DNA from: an uncultured Candidatus Saccharibacteria bacterium
Lineage (GTDB): Bacteria > Patescibacteriota > Saccharimonadia > Saccharimonadales > JAGQNJ01
DNA length: 64,000 nucleotides
NCBI GenBank assembly: GCA_964504275.1
Contig: CAZDDV010000004.1
Location: forward strand, 9,908 to 73,907
Reading direction: 5' to 3'
Both the position numbers and the translations under genes were made by a program. The first letter of the stretch is position 1, and the number at the start of each line of letters is the position of its first letter. Shown piece after piece: positions 18,461 through 30,876 of this stretch. The notes under the pieces are model-generated. The model was not told the DNA's origin, made no database searches, and was given only the letters and a program-made list of their open reading frames with translations.

Positions 18461-18468
18461 GATACAAT

Positions 18469-18717
18469 TTGAATATGGCAACACAGAAACCTAAGAAACA
18501 AGAAGTTATAGATGGCTTCACAATTAAATACCATGCAAACGACGTGACTCGTTGGTCAAAAGGTAAGGTAGTTGACAGCCATACGAATGGATACTGGGAA
18601 TGGTACCGCCTTGATGGTACGTTGAAGCGTTCAGGGTATTTCAAAATGGGTGAACCTGTCGGTGAGTGGATTACTTATGACGACAAGGGTAAGCCATATA
18701 AGACTACTCAAAGGTAG
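18469..18717 (+). CDS. MORN-repeat (YwqK-like) small protein
   Basis: GYWEWYRLDGTLKRSGYFKMGEPVGEWITYDDKGKP is a MORN-variant repeat, G.W..Y...G.....G. Confidence 0.6.
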   Translation: MNMATQKPKKQEVIDGFTIKYHANDVTRWSKGKVVDSHTNGYWEWYRLDGTLKRSGYFKMGEPVGEWITYDDKGKPYKTTQR

Positions 18718-18950
18718 AAGCTGTAGGCACGACGAACAATGAAGGAGCGCAAGTGTTTATTAGTATTGTGTCACTTTTTGTAATTCTCTAAGAAGTAATG
18801 TTTTTATCCCATAACTTAAAGCGCACCAAATATAACACCTCAGACTAGCTGGGGTTTTTGGGCATTTTGTTGTACTTTTTTACCTTTAGGGTAGGTATAT
18901 TCTAAACAGGCGTTATAATGTAAGAAGAATTAATTTAAGGGGATATAGAT

Positions 18951-19142
18951 ATGGCTACAGGATATTGCGTAAAATGTAAGGAAAAGGGCGTTGAGCTATC
19001 AGCACCAGAAGTTGTACAAACTGCAAAAGGCGGATTCATGGCAAAAGGTAAGCACGAAAAGTGTGGAACAACTGTTTGTGCAATGATGAGCAAAGAAAAC
19101 GCAGAAAAAGAAGTAGAAGCAGGCGCTAAAAAATCTTACTAA
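18951..19142 (+). CDS. DUF5679-like small zinc-ribbon protein
   Basis: YCVKCKEK...GKHEKCGTTVCAMM has CxxC...CxxxC spacing, as in DUF5679 proteins. AAGGGG RBS. Confidence 0.55.
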   Translation: MATGYCVKCKEKGVELSAPEVVQTAKGGFMAKGKHEKCGTTVCAMMSKENAEKEVEAGAKKSY

Positions 19143-19200
19143 GTTTTTAGGCGGCAACTTTAGATTAAGTTACGTCTTGAGTATCAGTGATGCAAAAACA

Positions 19201-19228
19201 AAAAACCCGGCCTTACGTCGGGTTTTTT
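19201..19228 (+). terminator. Rho-independent terminator (bidirectional-looking)
   Basis: AAAAACCCGGC-CTTAC-GTCGGGTTTTTT: a 6-bp GC-rich stem flanked by an A run and a T run. Confidence 0.65.
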
Positions 19229-19286
19229 GTTTGGCCGGAGCCCGCCACAAGCTCTTGTCTCCCGCAAAAACTGCTATCATAGGGTT

Positions 19287-19634
19287 ATGGCTTTATATGA
19301 CATTACTACAAAACAGGAATTTGATGACAAGGTGCTTAAGAGCAAAAAAGTTGTACTCGTAGATTTTTGGGCTAGTTGGTGCCCGCCGTGCCGAGCAATG
19401 ACACCAGTACTACACAATGTTGCAGAAGAACACGATGAATTAATAGATGTCGTAAAAATAGACATTGAAGATACAGAAGACAATCGTGCTCTGGCTGACG
19501 AATACGGGGTGCGTAGTATACCGAACATGCCATTATTTTTGGACGGCAAAGAAGTGGAGCGAATTATAGGAGTAGTCTCGAAAGGCGAAATAGTTGGTAT
19601 GGCCAATTACGTAAAAAAAAAGAGAAGTAAGTAA
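19287..19634 (+). CDS. trxA: Thioredoxin
   Basis: VLVDFWASWCPPCRAM (WCxxC active site). Typical size of 115 aa. Internal ATG at 19287 chosen. Confidence 0.9.
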   Translation: MALYDITTKQEFDDKVLKSKKVVLVDFWASWCPPCRAMTPVLHNVAEEHDELIDVVKIDIEDTEDNRALADEYGVRSIPNMPLFLDGKEVERIIGVVSKGEIVGMANYVKKKRSK

Positions 19635-19733
19635 CCTAAAATATGCAAACTGCGAGCCGAAAGCAGGTAGTCGTAGCTCCTGATCAATAACCTGGTGGGC
19701 TATGAGGATCTATTTTTCTGATATTATTAATCT

Positions 19734-20171
19734 ATGAAAACGACATTCGACACTAAGTTACAGGGTTCTGGCAATAACACCGGCATTCGAGTCCCAGAAG
19801 AAAACATCGCAGAATTAGGCGACAGCAAAAGACCGCCAGTGAACGTTGCTGTGAACGGTTTTAAATATAAAAGTACCGTTGCTGTAATGGGCGGTAATTT
19901 CATGATTTCATTCCCAAAAGCCAACCGAGAGGCGACTGGTTTAAAAGCCGGCGATGATATTAAGGTGGTTTTGGAGTTAGACGAAGGCGTGCGAGAAGTT
20001 GACATGCCCCAGACACTTAAAGTGGCGCTCGCTACCGAAAATCTGACCGAAGTATTTGCAAGATTGGCTTATTCTAAAAGGAAAGAGTTCGCCCGACAGG
20101 TTAATGACGCCAAAGCCGAAGACACAAGAAATCGCAGAATTGAAAAAATAGTCGCTTTGCTCAAAAGTTAG
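19734..20171 (+). CDS. DUF1905/YdeI-like protein
   Basis: The N-terminal beta-barrel-like segment GIRVPEENIAELG..PVNVAVNGFKYKSTV and the C-terminal YSKRKEFARQVNDAK...R..RIEK are typical of DUF1905 plus the YdeI tail. Confidence 0.55.
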   Translation: MKTTFDTKLQGSGNNTGIRVPEENIAELGDSKRPPVNVAVNGFKYKSTVAVMGGNFMISFPKANREATGLKAGDDIKVVLELDEGVREVDMPQTLKVALATENLTEVFARLAYSKRKEFARQVNDAKAEDTRNRRIEKIVALLKS

Positions 20172-20246
20172 TCCGCCAGCACAAGACGTTTTGAAGTAGC
20201 GACTCCAATAATAAGATCGCAGTGAGGGTTCTGGATTACTTTTGCT

Positions 20247-20978
20247 ATGCTAAGAAGAGTGAAAAATATTCTTAAAAACATAATGGCGAAAAAAGGTGTA
20301 AAAGTGATACTTATTATTATCGGCGCGATTGTGTTACTGGAAGCCGCAGCGTTGATATGGTTGGCGACGAGCGTCGGCCGGTACGAAAAATTCTGGATTG
20401 CAAAAGCAAAAGAGAACGGCGATATCACTTATTTGGCTTTGGGCGATTCGGCCGCGCAAGGTATTGGCGCTACGCGTCCGCTAAAAGGTTACCCGGGGTT
20501 GATCGCAAAAGATATCGAACGATCCACCGGTAAGTCGGTACGCATCGTCAACATCAGCAAAACGGGTGCCAAGATGGATGATTATTTGAGCGAGCAAGCG
20601 CCAATTGTCGCAACGCTCAAACCAGATTTTGTAACGATCGAAATTGGCGCAAATGACGTTGCCAATTTTGACGCAAATAAATACCGAGAAAAATTCAAAA
20701 AAGTGCTCGAGACTTTGCCTGCCGGAAGTTTTGTTTCAAACATGCCGCTATTTAATAGCCGCCCAGGCAGCACCGAAAACGCCAAACAAGCCAGCAAAAT
20801 TGTCGAAGAAGAGCTGCGCGCGTATCCGCAACTCAAGTTTGTAGATCTGCAAAAAGAAACCAAAGAAAACCAAAGTATTTTTGGTTTCGCGCCAGATTTG
20901 TTCCACCCTAATGATTTGAGTTACAAAAACTGGGCAAACGCATTTTTGAAAGTAATAAACACAACTGATAATCGATGA
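20247..20978 (+). CDS. SGNH/GDSL hydrolase with an N-terminal membrane anchor
   Basis: YLALGDSAAQGIG (block I GDS), GANDV (block III), and DLFHPN (block V DxxH). Alternative start at 20283. Confidence 0.75.
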   Translation: MLRRVKNILKNIMAKKGVKVILIIIGAIVLLEAAALIWLATSVGRYEKFWIAKAKENGDITYLALGDSAAQGIGATRPLKGYPGLIAKDIERSTGKSVRIVNISKTGAKMDDYLSEQAPIVATLKPDFVTIEIGANDVANFDANKYREKFKKVLETLPAGSFVSNMPLFNSRPGSTENAKQASKIVEEELRAYPQLKFVDLQKETKENQSIFGFAPDLFHPNDLSYKNWANAFLKVINTTDNR

Positions 20979-21063
20979 CCGATAGCCAAAAAATTGACGA
21001 ACTTATAAAATCAGTTGCTCGTAACAATAAAAACGGTGGCTGGCGCAAACTTGGGGCCGAATT

Positions 21064-21837
21064 ATGAGTAAGTTAGTAGTTATCACCGGAGCCTCCAGTG
21101 GGATTGGATTATCGCTTGCCAACAAATATGCCAGCGAAAATTATAATCTGATAATTGTGGCCCGCGGCCAAAAAACCTTGCAAGAAATTGCCAAAAAAAT
21201 TCGTGAAGAACATGGTGTCGAGGCCTCTGTTATATCCGCCGACTTAAGTTTGCCTGGCGCAGCAGATTTACTATGGCAAAAAATGAAGCACCAGAAAATT
21301 GACATATTCATAAATAATGCAGGTTTTGGTGATCTGCATGATGTTGTTGATGCTGACCCAAGCAAATTGAGTTCGATGATTGCGCTCAATATTACGACGC
21401 TTACCAGACTAAGCCAACTGGCGGCGATTTCTATGAAAAAGCGAGGAGTTGGCGCGATCGTAAATCTAGCAAGCGTGCTTTCTTTTTTTCCGTCTCCGCA
21501 TGGGGCTGTGTACGGAGCTACCAAGGCCTACGTACTCAGCTTTACCGAAGGGTTGAGTGAGGAATTAAAAGGAACAGGTGTGCATGTAACAGCCATTTGC
21601 CCAGGGCCAACTAAAACTAATTTTGCTGCGCAGGCAAGTATGCAAAAACTGAGTGTCATGAACGGAAACATGCCAACCGGAGACGACGTCGCAGAGTACG
21701 GATACAACGCGGTCGCTCAGCACAAAGTGGTTGCTGTTCCGGGATTGCGTAATAAAGTCAGCACTTTTATTGCGCCAAGAATACTTTCTCGGGCAATTTT
21801 GCGGCGCATTAGCGGCAAGGTTCAGTCCACAAAATAA
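21064..21837 (+). CDS. Short-chain dehydrogenase/reductase
   Basis: ITGASSGIGLSLA, NNAG, and YGATKAY (YxxxK). Confidence 0.85.
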   Translation: MSKLVVITGASSGIGLSLANKYASENYNLIIVARGQKTLQEIAKKIREEHGVEASVISADLSLPGAADLLWQKMKHQKIDIFINNAGFGDLHDVVDADPSKLSSMIALNITTLTRLSQLAAISMKKRGVGAIVNLASVLSFFPSPHGAVYGATKAYVLSFTEGLSEELKGTGVHVTAICPGPTKTNFAAQASMQKLSVMNGNMPTGDDVAEYGYNAVAQHKVVAVPGLRNKVSTFIAPRILSRAILRRISGKVQSTK

Positions 21838-22337
21838 AACGCTACCCGAGCTCCGTAAAATCCCATACATCACTTTTCTGATCATCGCATGGACAATAAT
21901 TTTCGCTGTGAACAAATTTGCTACGTTTTACTAAAAAGTATATAGTTTGTAAAAATCATGGACGAACAACTAATGCCAGAACTGCCGTCACGGCGTGATA
22001 ATCCTGACGTCGTAGGCGTATCCATATCAACACCTGATGTAGATTATATTTTGCGCCCAGATGTTGGCGCTAGCGAGAACGATCCACCGTACACCGGCTC
22101 GAGGCTTACCGATGAGGGTTCAGAGGGTCGGCGATCTTGTGATTGGATCTTTAGGTATTGACTCCCGAATACCCACGAACTTTCGCGTTAAAAGTGCAAG
22201 CGCCGAAGAGAGTATACTCATACCAAAACGCTAAATGTGAGTATCTTTGCACGACTAAATATAAAATTACTCAAAAAATACCTTATAGTCTCATCGGTTT
22301 GATACAATAAACATATCTGAGTTTGTTCAGAGGTTTT

Positions 22338-22411
22338 GGTGCGTTGGCCGAGAAGTTAGGCACAGGTCTGCAAAACCTGGTAGACGAGAGCGTTACTCGT
22401 ACGCACCTCCA
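22338..22411 (+). tRNA. tRNA-Cys(GCA) with non-canonical D and T loops
   Basis: Manual fold. Acceptor GGTGCGT/ACGCACC, anticodon stem CAGGT/ACCTG with loop CTGCAAA, discriminator T73 plus CCA (the Cys identity element). The T arm is ACGAG-AGCGTTA-CTCGT and lacks TTC. Confidence 0.6.
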
Positions 22412-22419
22412 ATAAAATT

Positions 22420-22507
22420 GGGCAGGTGGTGGAATTGGTATACACGACAGACTTAAAATCTGTTGCCCGTATAGGGCTTGCGGGTTCAAGTCCCGCCCTG
22501 CCCACCA
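22420..22507 (+). tRNA. tRNA-Leu(TAA), type II with a long variable arm
   Basis: Acceptor GGGCAGG/CCTGCCC, anticodon loop CTTAAAA, variable arm TGCCCGTATAGGGCTTG, T arm GCGGG-TTCAAGT-CCCGC, ACCA end. Confidence 0.9.
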
Positions 22508-22549
22508 AAAAAATCCTTAGTTTTATGAGGTATTTTTTATACGAGAGAG

Positions 22550-22558
22550 TGGTATAAT
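22550..22558 (+). promoter_or_regulatory. Extended -10 promoter element TGgTATAAT upstream of lemA
   Basis: TG at 22550-22551 and TATAAT at 22553-22558. GGGAGG RBS at 22575-22580. Confidence 0.45.
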
Positions 22559-22585
22559 AAACAGTACAAAGTTAGGGAGGAAAGT

Positions 22586-23149
22586 ATGATTTGGATTATT
22601 TTAGGAGTTGTCGCAGTAGTACTTATTGCGCTTATAGCGATTTATAACGGACTGGTAAAATCAAAAATTCGCACCGATGAAGCGTGGAGTGATATAACGG
22701 TGCAGCTCAAACGTCGGGCTGACTTGATCCCAAATCTCGTCAACGCCGTTAAAGGTTACGCAAAACACGAAAAAGAAGTGTTCGAAAACGTCACCAAAGC
22801 TCGTGCCGAAGTAACAGCAGCAACCAAGCAAGGTCCAGCCGAAACCGCCAAGGCCGAGAACGTATTTCAGGAGACACTCAAAAGTTTGTTTGCGGTTGCT
22901 GAGGCCTATCCAGACCTAAAAGCCAACACAAACTTTCAGCACCTGCAAGAAGAATTGGTTGATACTGAAGACAAAATTCAAGCATCTCGCCGCTTTTATA
23001 ACGGTGCTGTGCGCGACCTTAACACCAAAATCCAAGTGTTCCCAACCAACATTTTGGCCGGAGCCATGGGTTTTAAAATCCGCGAATTCTTCGAAGTAGA
23101 CGAGAGCGAAAAAGCTAAGATTGAAAAACCAACAGAAGTAAAATTCTAA
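22586..23149 (+). CDS. lemA: LemA family membrane protein
   Basis: N-terminal TM helix, then [29 protein letters not shown] and [13 protein letters not shown], the canonical LemA pattern. Confidence 0.85.
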   Translation: MIWIILGVVAVVLIALIAIYNGLVKSKIRTDEAWSDITVQLKRRADLIPNLVNAVKGYAKHEKEVFENVTKARAEVTAATKQGPAETAKAENVFQETLKSLFAVAEAYPDLKANTNFQHLQEELVDTEDKIQASRRFYNGAVRDLNTKIQVFPTNILAGAMGFKIREFFEVDESEKAKIEKPTEVKF

Positions 23150-23176
23150 GTTCGTAGAACGTATTTCGTATAGTGT

Positions 23177-23551
23177 ATGACGGAGAAGATTACTTCATTT
23201 ACGCAACTTAGAACTTGGCAGCATGCACGCAAACTGGCGGTTGCCACAAACAAGTTGTCAGAAAAATTTCCTTCAGACGAAAAATTTGGTTTAATATCAC
23301 AAATCAGACGCTCAAGCGTGTCGGTTGCGGCAAATATCGCCGAAGGTTTTTCTCGTAACGGAGCAAAGGACAAAATTCAGTTTTATTCTATAGCCCTTGG
23401 TTCGGCAACCGAAACACTAAGCCACACATATATTGCATTTGATCTTGGCTTCATTCAAAAAACGGATATACAATACATGGAGGAACAAATAATGGATGTA
23501 CACAAAATGATTAACGGACTTATTAAAACTGCCAAAGCGAGGGCCGCGTAA
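23177..23551 (+). CDS. Four-helix-bundle protein (23S rRNA intervening-sequence protein family)
   Basis: WQHARKLAV....FPSDEKFGLISQIRRSSVSVAANIAEGFSR...F..IALGSATE matches the TIGR02436-type pattern. Confidence 0.75.
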   Translation: MTEKITSFTQLRTWQHARKLAVATNKLSEKFPSDEKFGLISQIRRSSVSVAANIAEGFSRNGAKDKIQFYSIALGSATETLSHTYIAFDLGFIQKTDIQYMEEQIMDVHKMINGLIKTAKARAA

Positions 23552-23580
23552 TACCTCATACGTAATACGTCATACGCACT

Positions 23581-24446
23581 ATGTATTCTGAAATCGCCGC
23601 CAATAAGCGAAAAACATGGTTCATACTCATGTTTTTCGTGGTTTTTACCGCCGGCATGAGTTGGATTGTGGCGATGTTTATGGACGAGCCAATGATCACA
23701 CCGTTTGTGCTGGTTGGCGCGCTCATCTACGTTTTGATCAGTTATTTTAGCGCTTCTAAAATGAGTTTGGCCATGAACGGTGCCAAGCCAATCGAAAAGC
23801 GCGACAATCCGCGCTTGTACCGCATCGTCGAGAATCTGGCAATTACCGAGGGAATCCCGACTCCAAAAATTTACATTATGCCAGAAGCTGGTTTGAACGC
23901 ATTTGCCACCGGGCGCAATCCGCAGAATTCATCAGTTGCAGCGACGCAAGGTTTGCTGGACGCATTAACCGACCAAGAATTAGAAGGCGTCATGGCACAC
24001 GAACTTGGCCATATTCGCAATTATGATATTCGTGTTTCGCTAATAGCATTTGCGCTCGTTGCCATCATTTCGCTTTTGGCGGATTTTATTTTTCGCTTAA
24101 CGTGGTTCCGTGACAGCGACGACGACAATGCATTATTTTTTGCTATTGGAATTGCGGCAGCAATTTTAGCGCCGTTTGCTGCGCTGCTTATTCAAATGGC
24201 AATTTCGCGCCGACGTGAATATTTGGCCGATGCTACTGGCGCGCTGACAACTCGATACCCAGAAGGTTTAGCGAGTGCGCTCAAAAAAATTCAAAGCCAC
24301 GGCAGTACCATGAAAAAGCAAAATACTTCCACGGCGCACTTCTTTTTTGCCAACCCGCTCAAAAAAGGTAGTTTTGCCGGGCTATTTAGCACCCATCCGC
24401 CGGTAGCAGAACGAATCAAACGCTTACATGAAATGGGCGGCAAACT

Positions 24447-24450
<4 letters not shown>
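23581..24450 (+). CDS. htpX: Zinc metalloprotease HtpX (peptidase M48)
   Basis: HELGHIRNYD (HExxH), multiple TM helices, and C-terminal STHPPVAERI. Confidence 0.9.
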
Positions 24451-27415
<2,965 letters not shown>

Positions 27416-27548
27416 GTTATGCTTAAAGTACCTCAGGCGCATGGCTTCCTTCTTCGCTAGATTTAGCTACGGAAGGATTCACATGCAAAAACAAAAACCT
27501 GCTAAAAATAAAAAAAGAAGCGAAGCCTCGGTGGGCGCGCCTGAAAAC

Positions 27549-27583
27549 AAAAAAGTCCGAACATTGTTTCGGACTCTTTTTTT
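27549..27583. terminator. Bidirectional rho-independent terminator between ligA and tRNA-Ala
   Basis: Perfect 8-bp stem AGTCCGAA (27554-27561) / TTCGGACT (27568-27575), flanked by an A6 run and a T7 run. Confidence 0.7.
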
Positions 27584-27657
27584 GGTGGAGTCGGGGAGAA
27601 TCGAACTCCCATTTCATCCATGCCATGGACATGTATTAGCCATTATACGACGACCCC
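27583..27657 (-). tRNA. tRNA-Ala(GGC)
   Basis: The reverse complement folds canonically. Acceptor GGGGTCG/CGACTCC with G3:U70, anticodon loop ATGGCAT, T arm GGGAG-TTCGATT-CTCCC, ACCA end. Confidence 0.9.
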
Positions 27658-27747
27658 AGTCAATTACCTCTGAGCGAACGGGACTATTGTACAAGATACA
27701 GCGGATTTTTTCCACTTCTTTCGAGTGAGCTGTTACAATACATTTCT

Positions 27748-28644
27748 ATGACGAGGTTTTCCGAGGCAACCGACACAGTTAAATTGTACGCCGTTAGCTT
27801 GCTGATACTGACGATTGGATTTTTTTTGTGGTATCAATATTTGTACACGAACCCAACACATGTGTTTTGGTCGGCGGTTAATAATGGCTTGCAGACAACC
27901 GGCGCCACGCGCTCTTTGAACCAACAAAGTAACGATGGTGCGCTAAACCAGCATTTGCAATTGCAACTTGGAGCCAATAATTTAGTCAGCGGCAAGACGG
28001 TTGTCGAGCAAACTCGCGAAGGCCAAACGCTCAGCAGAGTCGTAACCGACGAAATAGGCACGCCGAGCGCAAACTATTCTCGGTACCAGGACATCAGCGT
28101 GCCGGCGCAGAACGGCCAGCAACCAAACCTGGACAGCGTTTTAAACAAATGGGGCAAAACTGATCTAACGCAGGGTGGTCAAGCGCAAAGTTCATTTAGT
28201 GAACTAGTATACGGAGTCTTGCCACTCGGGCGATTAAACCATGGACAGCGCCAAGAATTACTTGAACTCATGCAAGAAAAAAAGGTCTACACAATTGATT
28301 TTACAAAAGTCACTAGCGAAAAATTAGACGGCCGCAGCGTATTCAAATACGATGCAGAAATTACGCCAGAAGCGTACATTGCGGTGCTACAGCGGTTCGA
28401 CGAAATGATGAACCTCAAGCAATTAGAAGGCATCAACCCGAGTTCGTACGCCAATTCGCCACCATTTAAAGTCAGCATTTTTGTTGATAAGTACGCGCAT
28501 CAACTGGTTAAACTAGAGTATGCCACCGACTCAACGCGCCAAGAAACGTACGCCGGTTATGGCATTCAACCGCAAGTTACAATTCCAGCCGAAACTATTC
28601 CACGACCCGAACTTGAAGCCCAATTCAGTCAACTCTTGCAATAA
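27748..28644 (+). CDS. Hypothetical membrane-anchored/secreted protein
   Basis: 298-aa ORF with an N-terminal TM helix (LYAVSLLILTIGFFLWY). No catalytic motif. Confidence 0.55.
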   Translation: MTRFSEATDTVKLYAVSLLILTIGFFLWYQYLYTNPTHVFWSAVNNGLQTTGATRSLNQQSNDGALNQHLQLQLGANNLVSGKTVVEQTREGQTLSRVVTDEIGTPSANYSRYQDISVPAQNGQQPNLDSVLNKWGKTDLTQGGQAQSSFSELVYGVLPLGRLNHGQRQELLELMQEKKVYTIDFTKVTSEKLDGRSVFKYDAEITPEAYIAVLQRFDEMMNLKQLEGINPSSYANSPPFKVSIFVDKYAHQLVKLEYATDSTRQETYAGYGIQPQVTIPAETIPRPELEAQFSQLLQ

Positions 28645-28698
28645 ACTTCCATCAAACCCGATCAAGTAATTAAAACAATTAAAACAATCAAAGTAAAT

Positions 28699-28722
28699 AA
28701 AAAACTCCCATTTGAGTGGGAG
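28699..28722 (-). terminator. Minus-strand intrinsic terminator (CTCCCA-N6-TGGGAG followed by a U run on the minus strand)
   Basis: Stem 28705-28710/28717-28722. The A run at 28699-28704 becomes a T run on the minus strand. No minus-strand CDS lies upstream of it. Confidence 0.5.
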
Positions 28723-28737
28723 AATATCCAAAAAAAA

Positions 28738-28773
28738 TGGTGGAGCCTTGTAGATCGAAACCTACGCGGCCCC
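28738..28773 (-). other. tRNA-like acceptor/T-arm minihelix ending in ACCA (tRNA remnant or small RNA)
   Basis: The reverse complement reads GGGGCC-GC-GTAG-GTTTCGAT-CTAC-AA-GGCTCC-ACCA. This gives a 6-bp acceptor-like stem with G3:U, a T-arm-like hairpin and an encoded CCA, but no D or anticodon arms. Confidence 0.3.
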
Positions 28774-28900
28774 ATGTCAAAAACTAACAAAAACTATAAT
28801 ACCACGCATCGCCACTTGTTAGCCACGATTGCATGGTATTAAAACTAATTAGGCAGCTGGGTGCGTATGGTTCGCAGGCGTTTTACGGTAGAATAGGTGT

Positions 28901-30181
28901 ATGGTTAGTAGCATCAAGCGACGTTTGTATTTTTTGATTGCCAGCTATTTTGCATTTTGGGCACGAATTGTGCTGTTGCGCTGGAAGCCGCGGATTATTG
29001 TTATTACTGGATCAACTGGCAAAACAACAGTGCTGCATTTGGTAGAAGCGCAGCTTGGTGACAAAGCAACTTACACGCATCACGCAAATAGCTCGTTTGG
29101 TATTCCGTTTCATATTTTGGGCATGAAGCCAAACGTTGATAGCAAAGCGCAATGGCCACTTTCCATACTAAAAGCGCCATTCTATATTTTTAGAAAACTG
29201 CCAAAACAAAAACTGTACGTGGTCGAAGCAGATTGTGATCGCCCCAATGAGGGAAAATTTTTGTCGAAGTTGCTACGGCCAGAAGTAACACTTTGGGTCA
29301 GTGTGTTTCGAACTCACAGCATGAACTTTGATCGGTTGGTTGCAACTGGCGCGTTTTCGAGTCACGAAAAAGCAATCGCATACGAGTTTGGGTATTTTGC
29401 AGCCTCTACAAAAAAATTAGTTTTAGCCAGCGGCGACCAGCCCGAGCTAGTAAAACAATTAAGCAGAGTGCCAAAAAATTCAGAACTAAAACTAGCAGAA
29501 AAACGCAACCTCAAAGCATATTATTTTGATCGCGACAAAACTATTTTTGAGTTTAAAAAATCCAGTGTCTATTTGCCTGGTTTGCACCCGAAAGAACTTG
29601 GCGTAAGCGTACAGCTTGTGTACGAACTCATGAATTATTTGGACTTGCCACGCGACGAACATTACAAACAATTACAAATGCCACCAGGTCGTAGCTCGGT
29701 GTTTGCTGGCAAAAAAAACATCACTATTGTTGATAGCACCTACAACACCGGACTTGGTGCAACGAGCGCAATTATTGCATTATTTGGTTTATATCCAGCT
29801 CAAAAAAAATGGATTGTGTTGGGCGATATTTTAGAACAAGGTAGTTTAGAGAAAGCCGAACACCAAAAATTAGCCGACGTAATTTTGGCACAAAAAAATA
29901 TTGACCGCGTAGTATTGCTAGGTCCACGGACGCAAAAAAATACACTGCCGAAACTGCAAAAACATTTTGGCGAGCGAGTCGTTAGCTTTGAAAGCCCAAA
30001 AGAAGTGCTGGATTATTTGCAAGAAAATTTGCAGGGAAAAGAAGCCTTGCTTTTTAAAGGCGGCAGATTTTTAGAAGGCGTTATAGAGCAATTATTACAA
30101 AATCCAGATGATGCCAGGCACTTGGTTCGTCGCAGCAAAACTTGGACGAAACGTCGCCAACAATGGGGTTTGCCAAAATGA
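28901..30181 (+). CDS. Mur ligase family protein (MurF/MurE-like)
   Basis: ATP-binding ITGSTGKTT, later VVEADCDRP and DSTYNTG..ATSAAI, typical of the Mur ligase central and C-terminal domains. Confidence 0.7.
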   Translation: MVSSIKRRLYFLIASYFAFWARIVLLRWKPRIIVITGSTGKTTVLHLVEAQLGDKATYTHHANSSFGIPFHILGMKPNVDSKAQWPLSILKAPFYIFRKLPKQKLYVVEADCDRPNEGKFLSKLLRPEVTLWVSVFRTHSMNFDRLVATGAFSSHEKAIAYEFGYFAASTKKLVLASGDQPELVKQLSRVPKNSELKLAEKRNLKAYYFDRDKTIFEFKKSSVYLPGLHPKELGVSVQLVYELMNYLDLPRDEHYKQLQMPPGRSSVFAGKKNITIVDSTYNTGLGATSAIIALFGLYPAQKKWIVLGDILEQGSLEKAEHQKLADVILAQKNIDRVVLLGPRTQKNTLPKLQKHFGERVVSFESPKEVLDYLQENLQGKEALLFKGGRFLEGVIEQLLQNPDDARHLVRRSKTWTKRRQQWGLPK

Positions 30182-30876
30182 AACACACGGCTTTTATTTT
30201 GCATGGTTGGGCTTACGATATTGCTAAGTGGCATCCTTTGATCGAAGAGTTACAAAATGATGGTATAAGCGTCCAAATGCTCAATATTCCCGGGCTAACA
30301 ACCGAACCGCTGACAAAAGCTTGGGATATCAACGATTATGTTTCGTGGTTAAAAAAAGAAATTGGTAATACGCCAGCCATTTTGATCGGTCACTCTAATG
30401 GCGGAAGAATCTCGCTTAATTTCGCAAAAAAATATCCAGATTTGGTAAAGCAGCTAATTTTGATCGATAGCGCAGGAATTCCGCGCCGCGAACTAAAAGC
30501 GCGGGTGAAACGCAGCGTCTTAAAGATGGCCGCAAAAACTGGTAAAGTTTTTACGCGCAGTGACCGCGTTCGCCGACTATTATACAAACTTGGTCGCGCT
30601 GATGATTATTACAAGGCGCAGCCGGTCATGCGCGAAACGATGGCTAATTTACTGCAGTCTGATTACGATCTTGACGCGACGAAAGTTGTCGTACCAACGC
30701 AACTTATTTGGGGGAAAAATGACACAGCAACACCGGTAAAAGATGCCCACGCGTTAAAAAGCCAAATAAAAGATGCACAACTAAAGATTATTGACGACGC
30801 GCGACATTCGCCACAGTTTACACACATGCCAATCGTCGCAAAAGCAATCAAGGAGTTCGTCCATGGCGATCTTTAA
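30178..30876 (+). CDS. Alpha/beta hydrolase
   Basis: FILHGW, nucleophile elbow GHSNGG, and a late DDARHSPQ (catalytic His). ATGA overlap with the upstream gene at the chosen start. Confidence 0.75.
   Translation: MKHTAFILHGWAYDIAKWHPLIEELQNDGISVQMLNIPGLTTEPLTKAWDINDYVSWLKKEIGNTPAILIGHSNGGRISLNFAKKYPDLVKQLILIDSAGIPRRELKARVKRSVLKMAAKTGKVFTRSDRVRRLLYKLGRADDYYKAQPVMRETMANLLQSDYDLDATKVVVPTQLIWGKNDTATPVKDAHALKSQIKDAQLKIIDDARHSPQFTHMPIVAKAIKEFVHGDL

Noticed and set aside
21958-22161. 67-aa ORF in the SDR/tRNA-Cys intergenic region
   Set aside because: It has no RBS, a Pro/Asp/Arg-rich composition and no motif, so it is not reported as a gene. The 500-bp region was also inspected for SRP, 6S or RNase P RNA hallmarks and none was recognised.
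28738-28900. tmRNA (ssrA) interpretation of the ACCA-ended tRNA-like segment
   Set aside because: Only about 130 nt are available before the Mur-ligase gene. No 5' GGGGC acceptor partner lies at tmRNA distance, and no tag-peptide reading frame or pseudoknot signatures were recognised.
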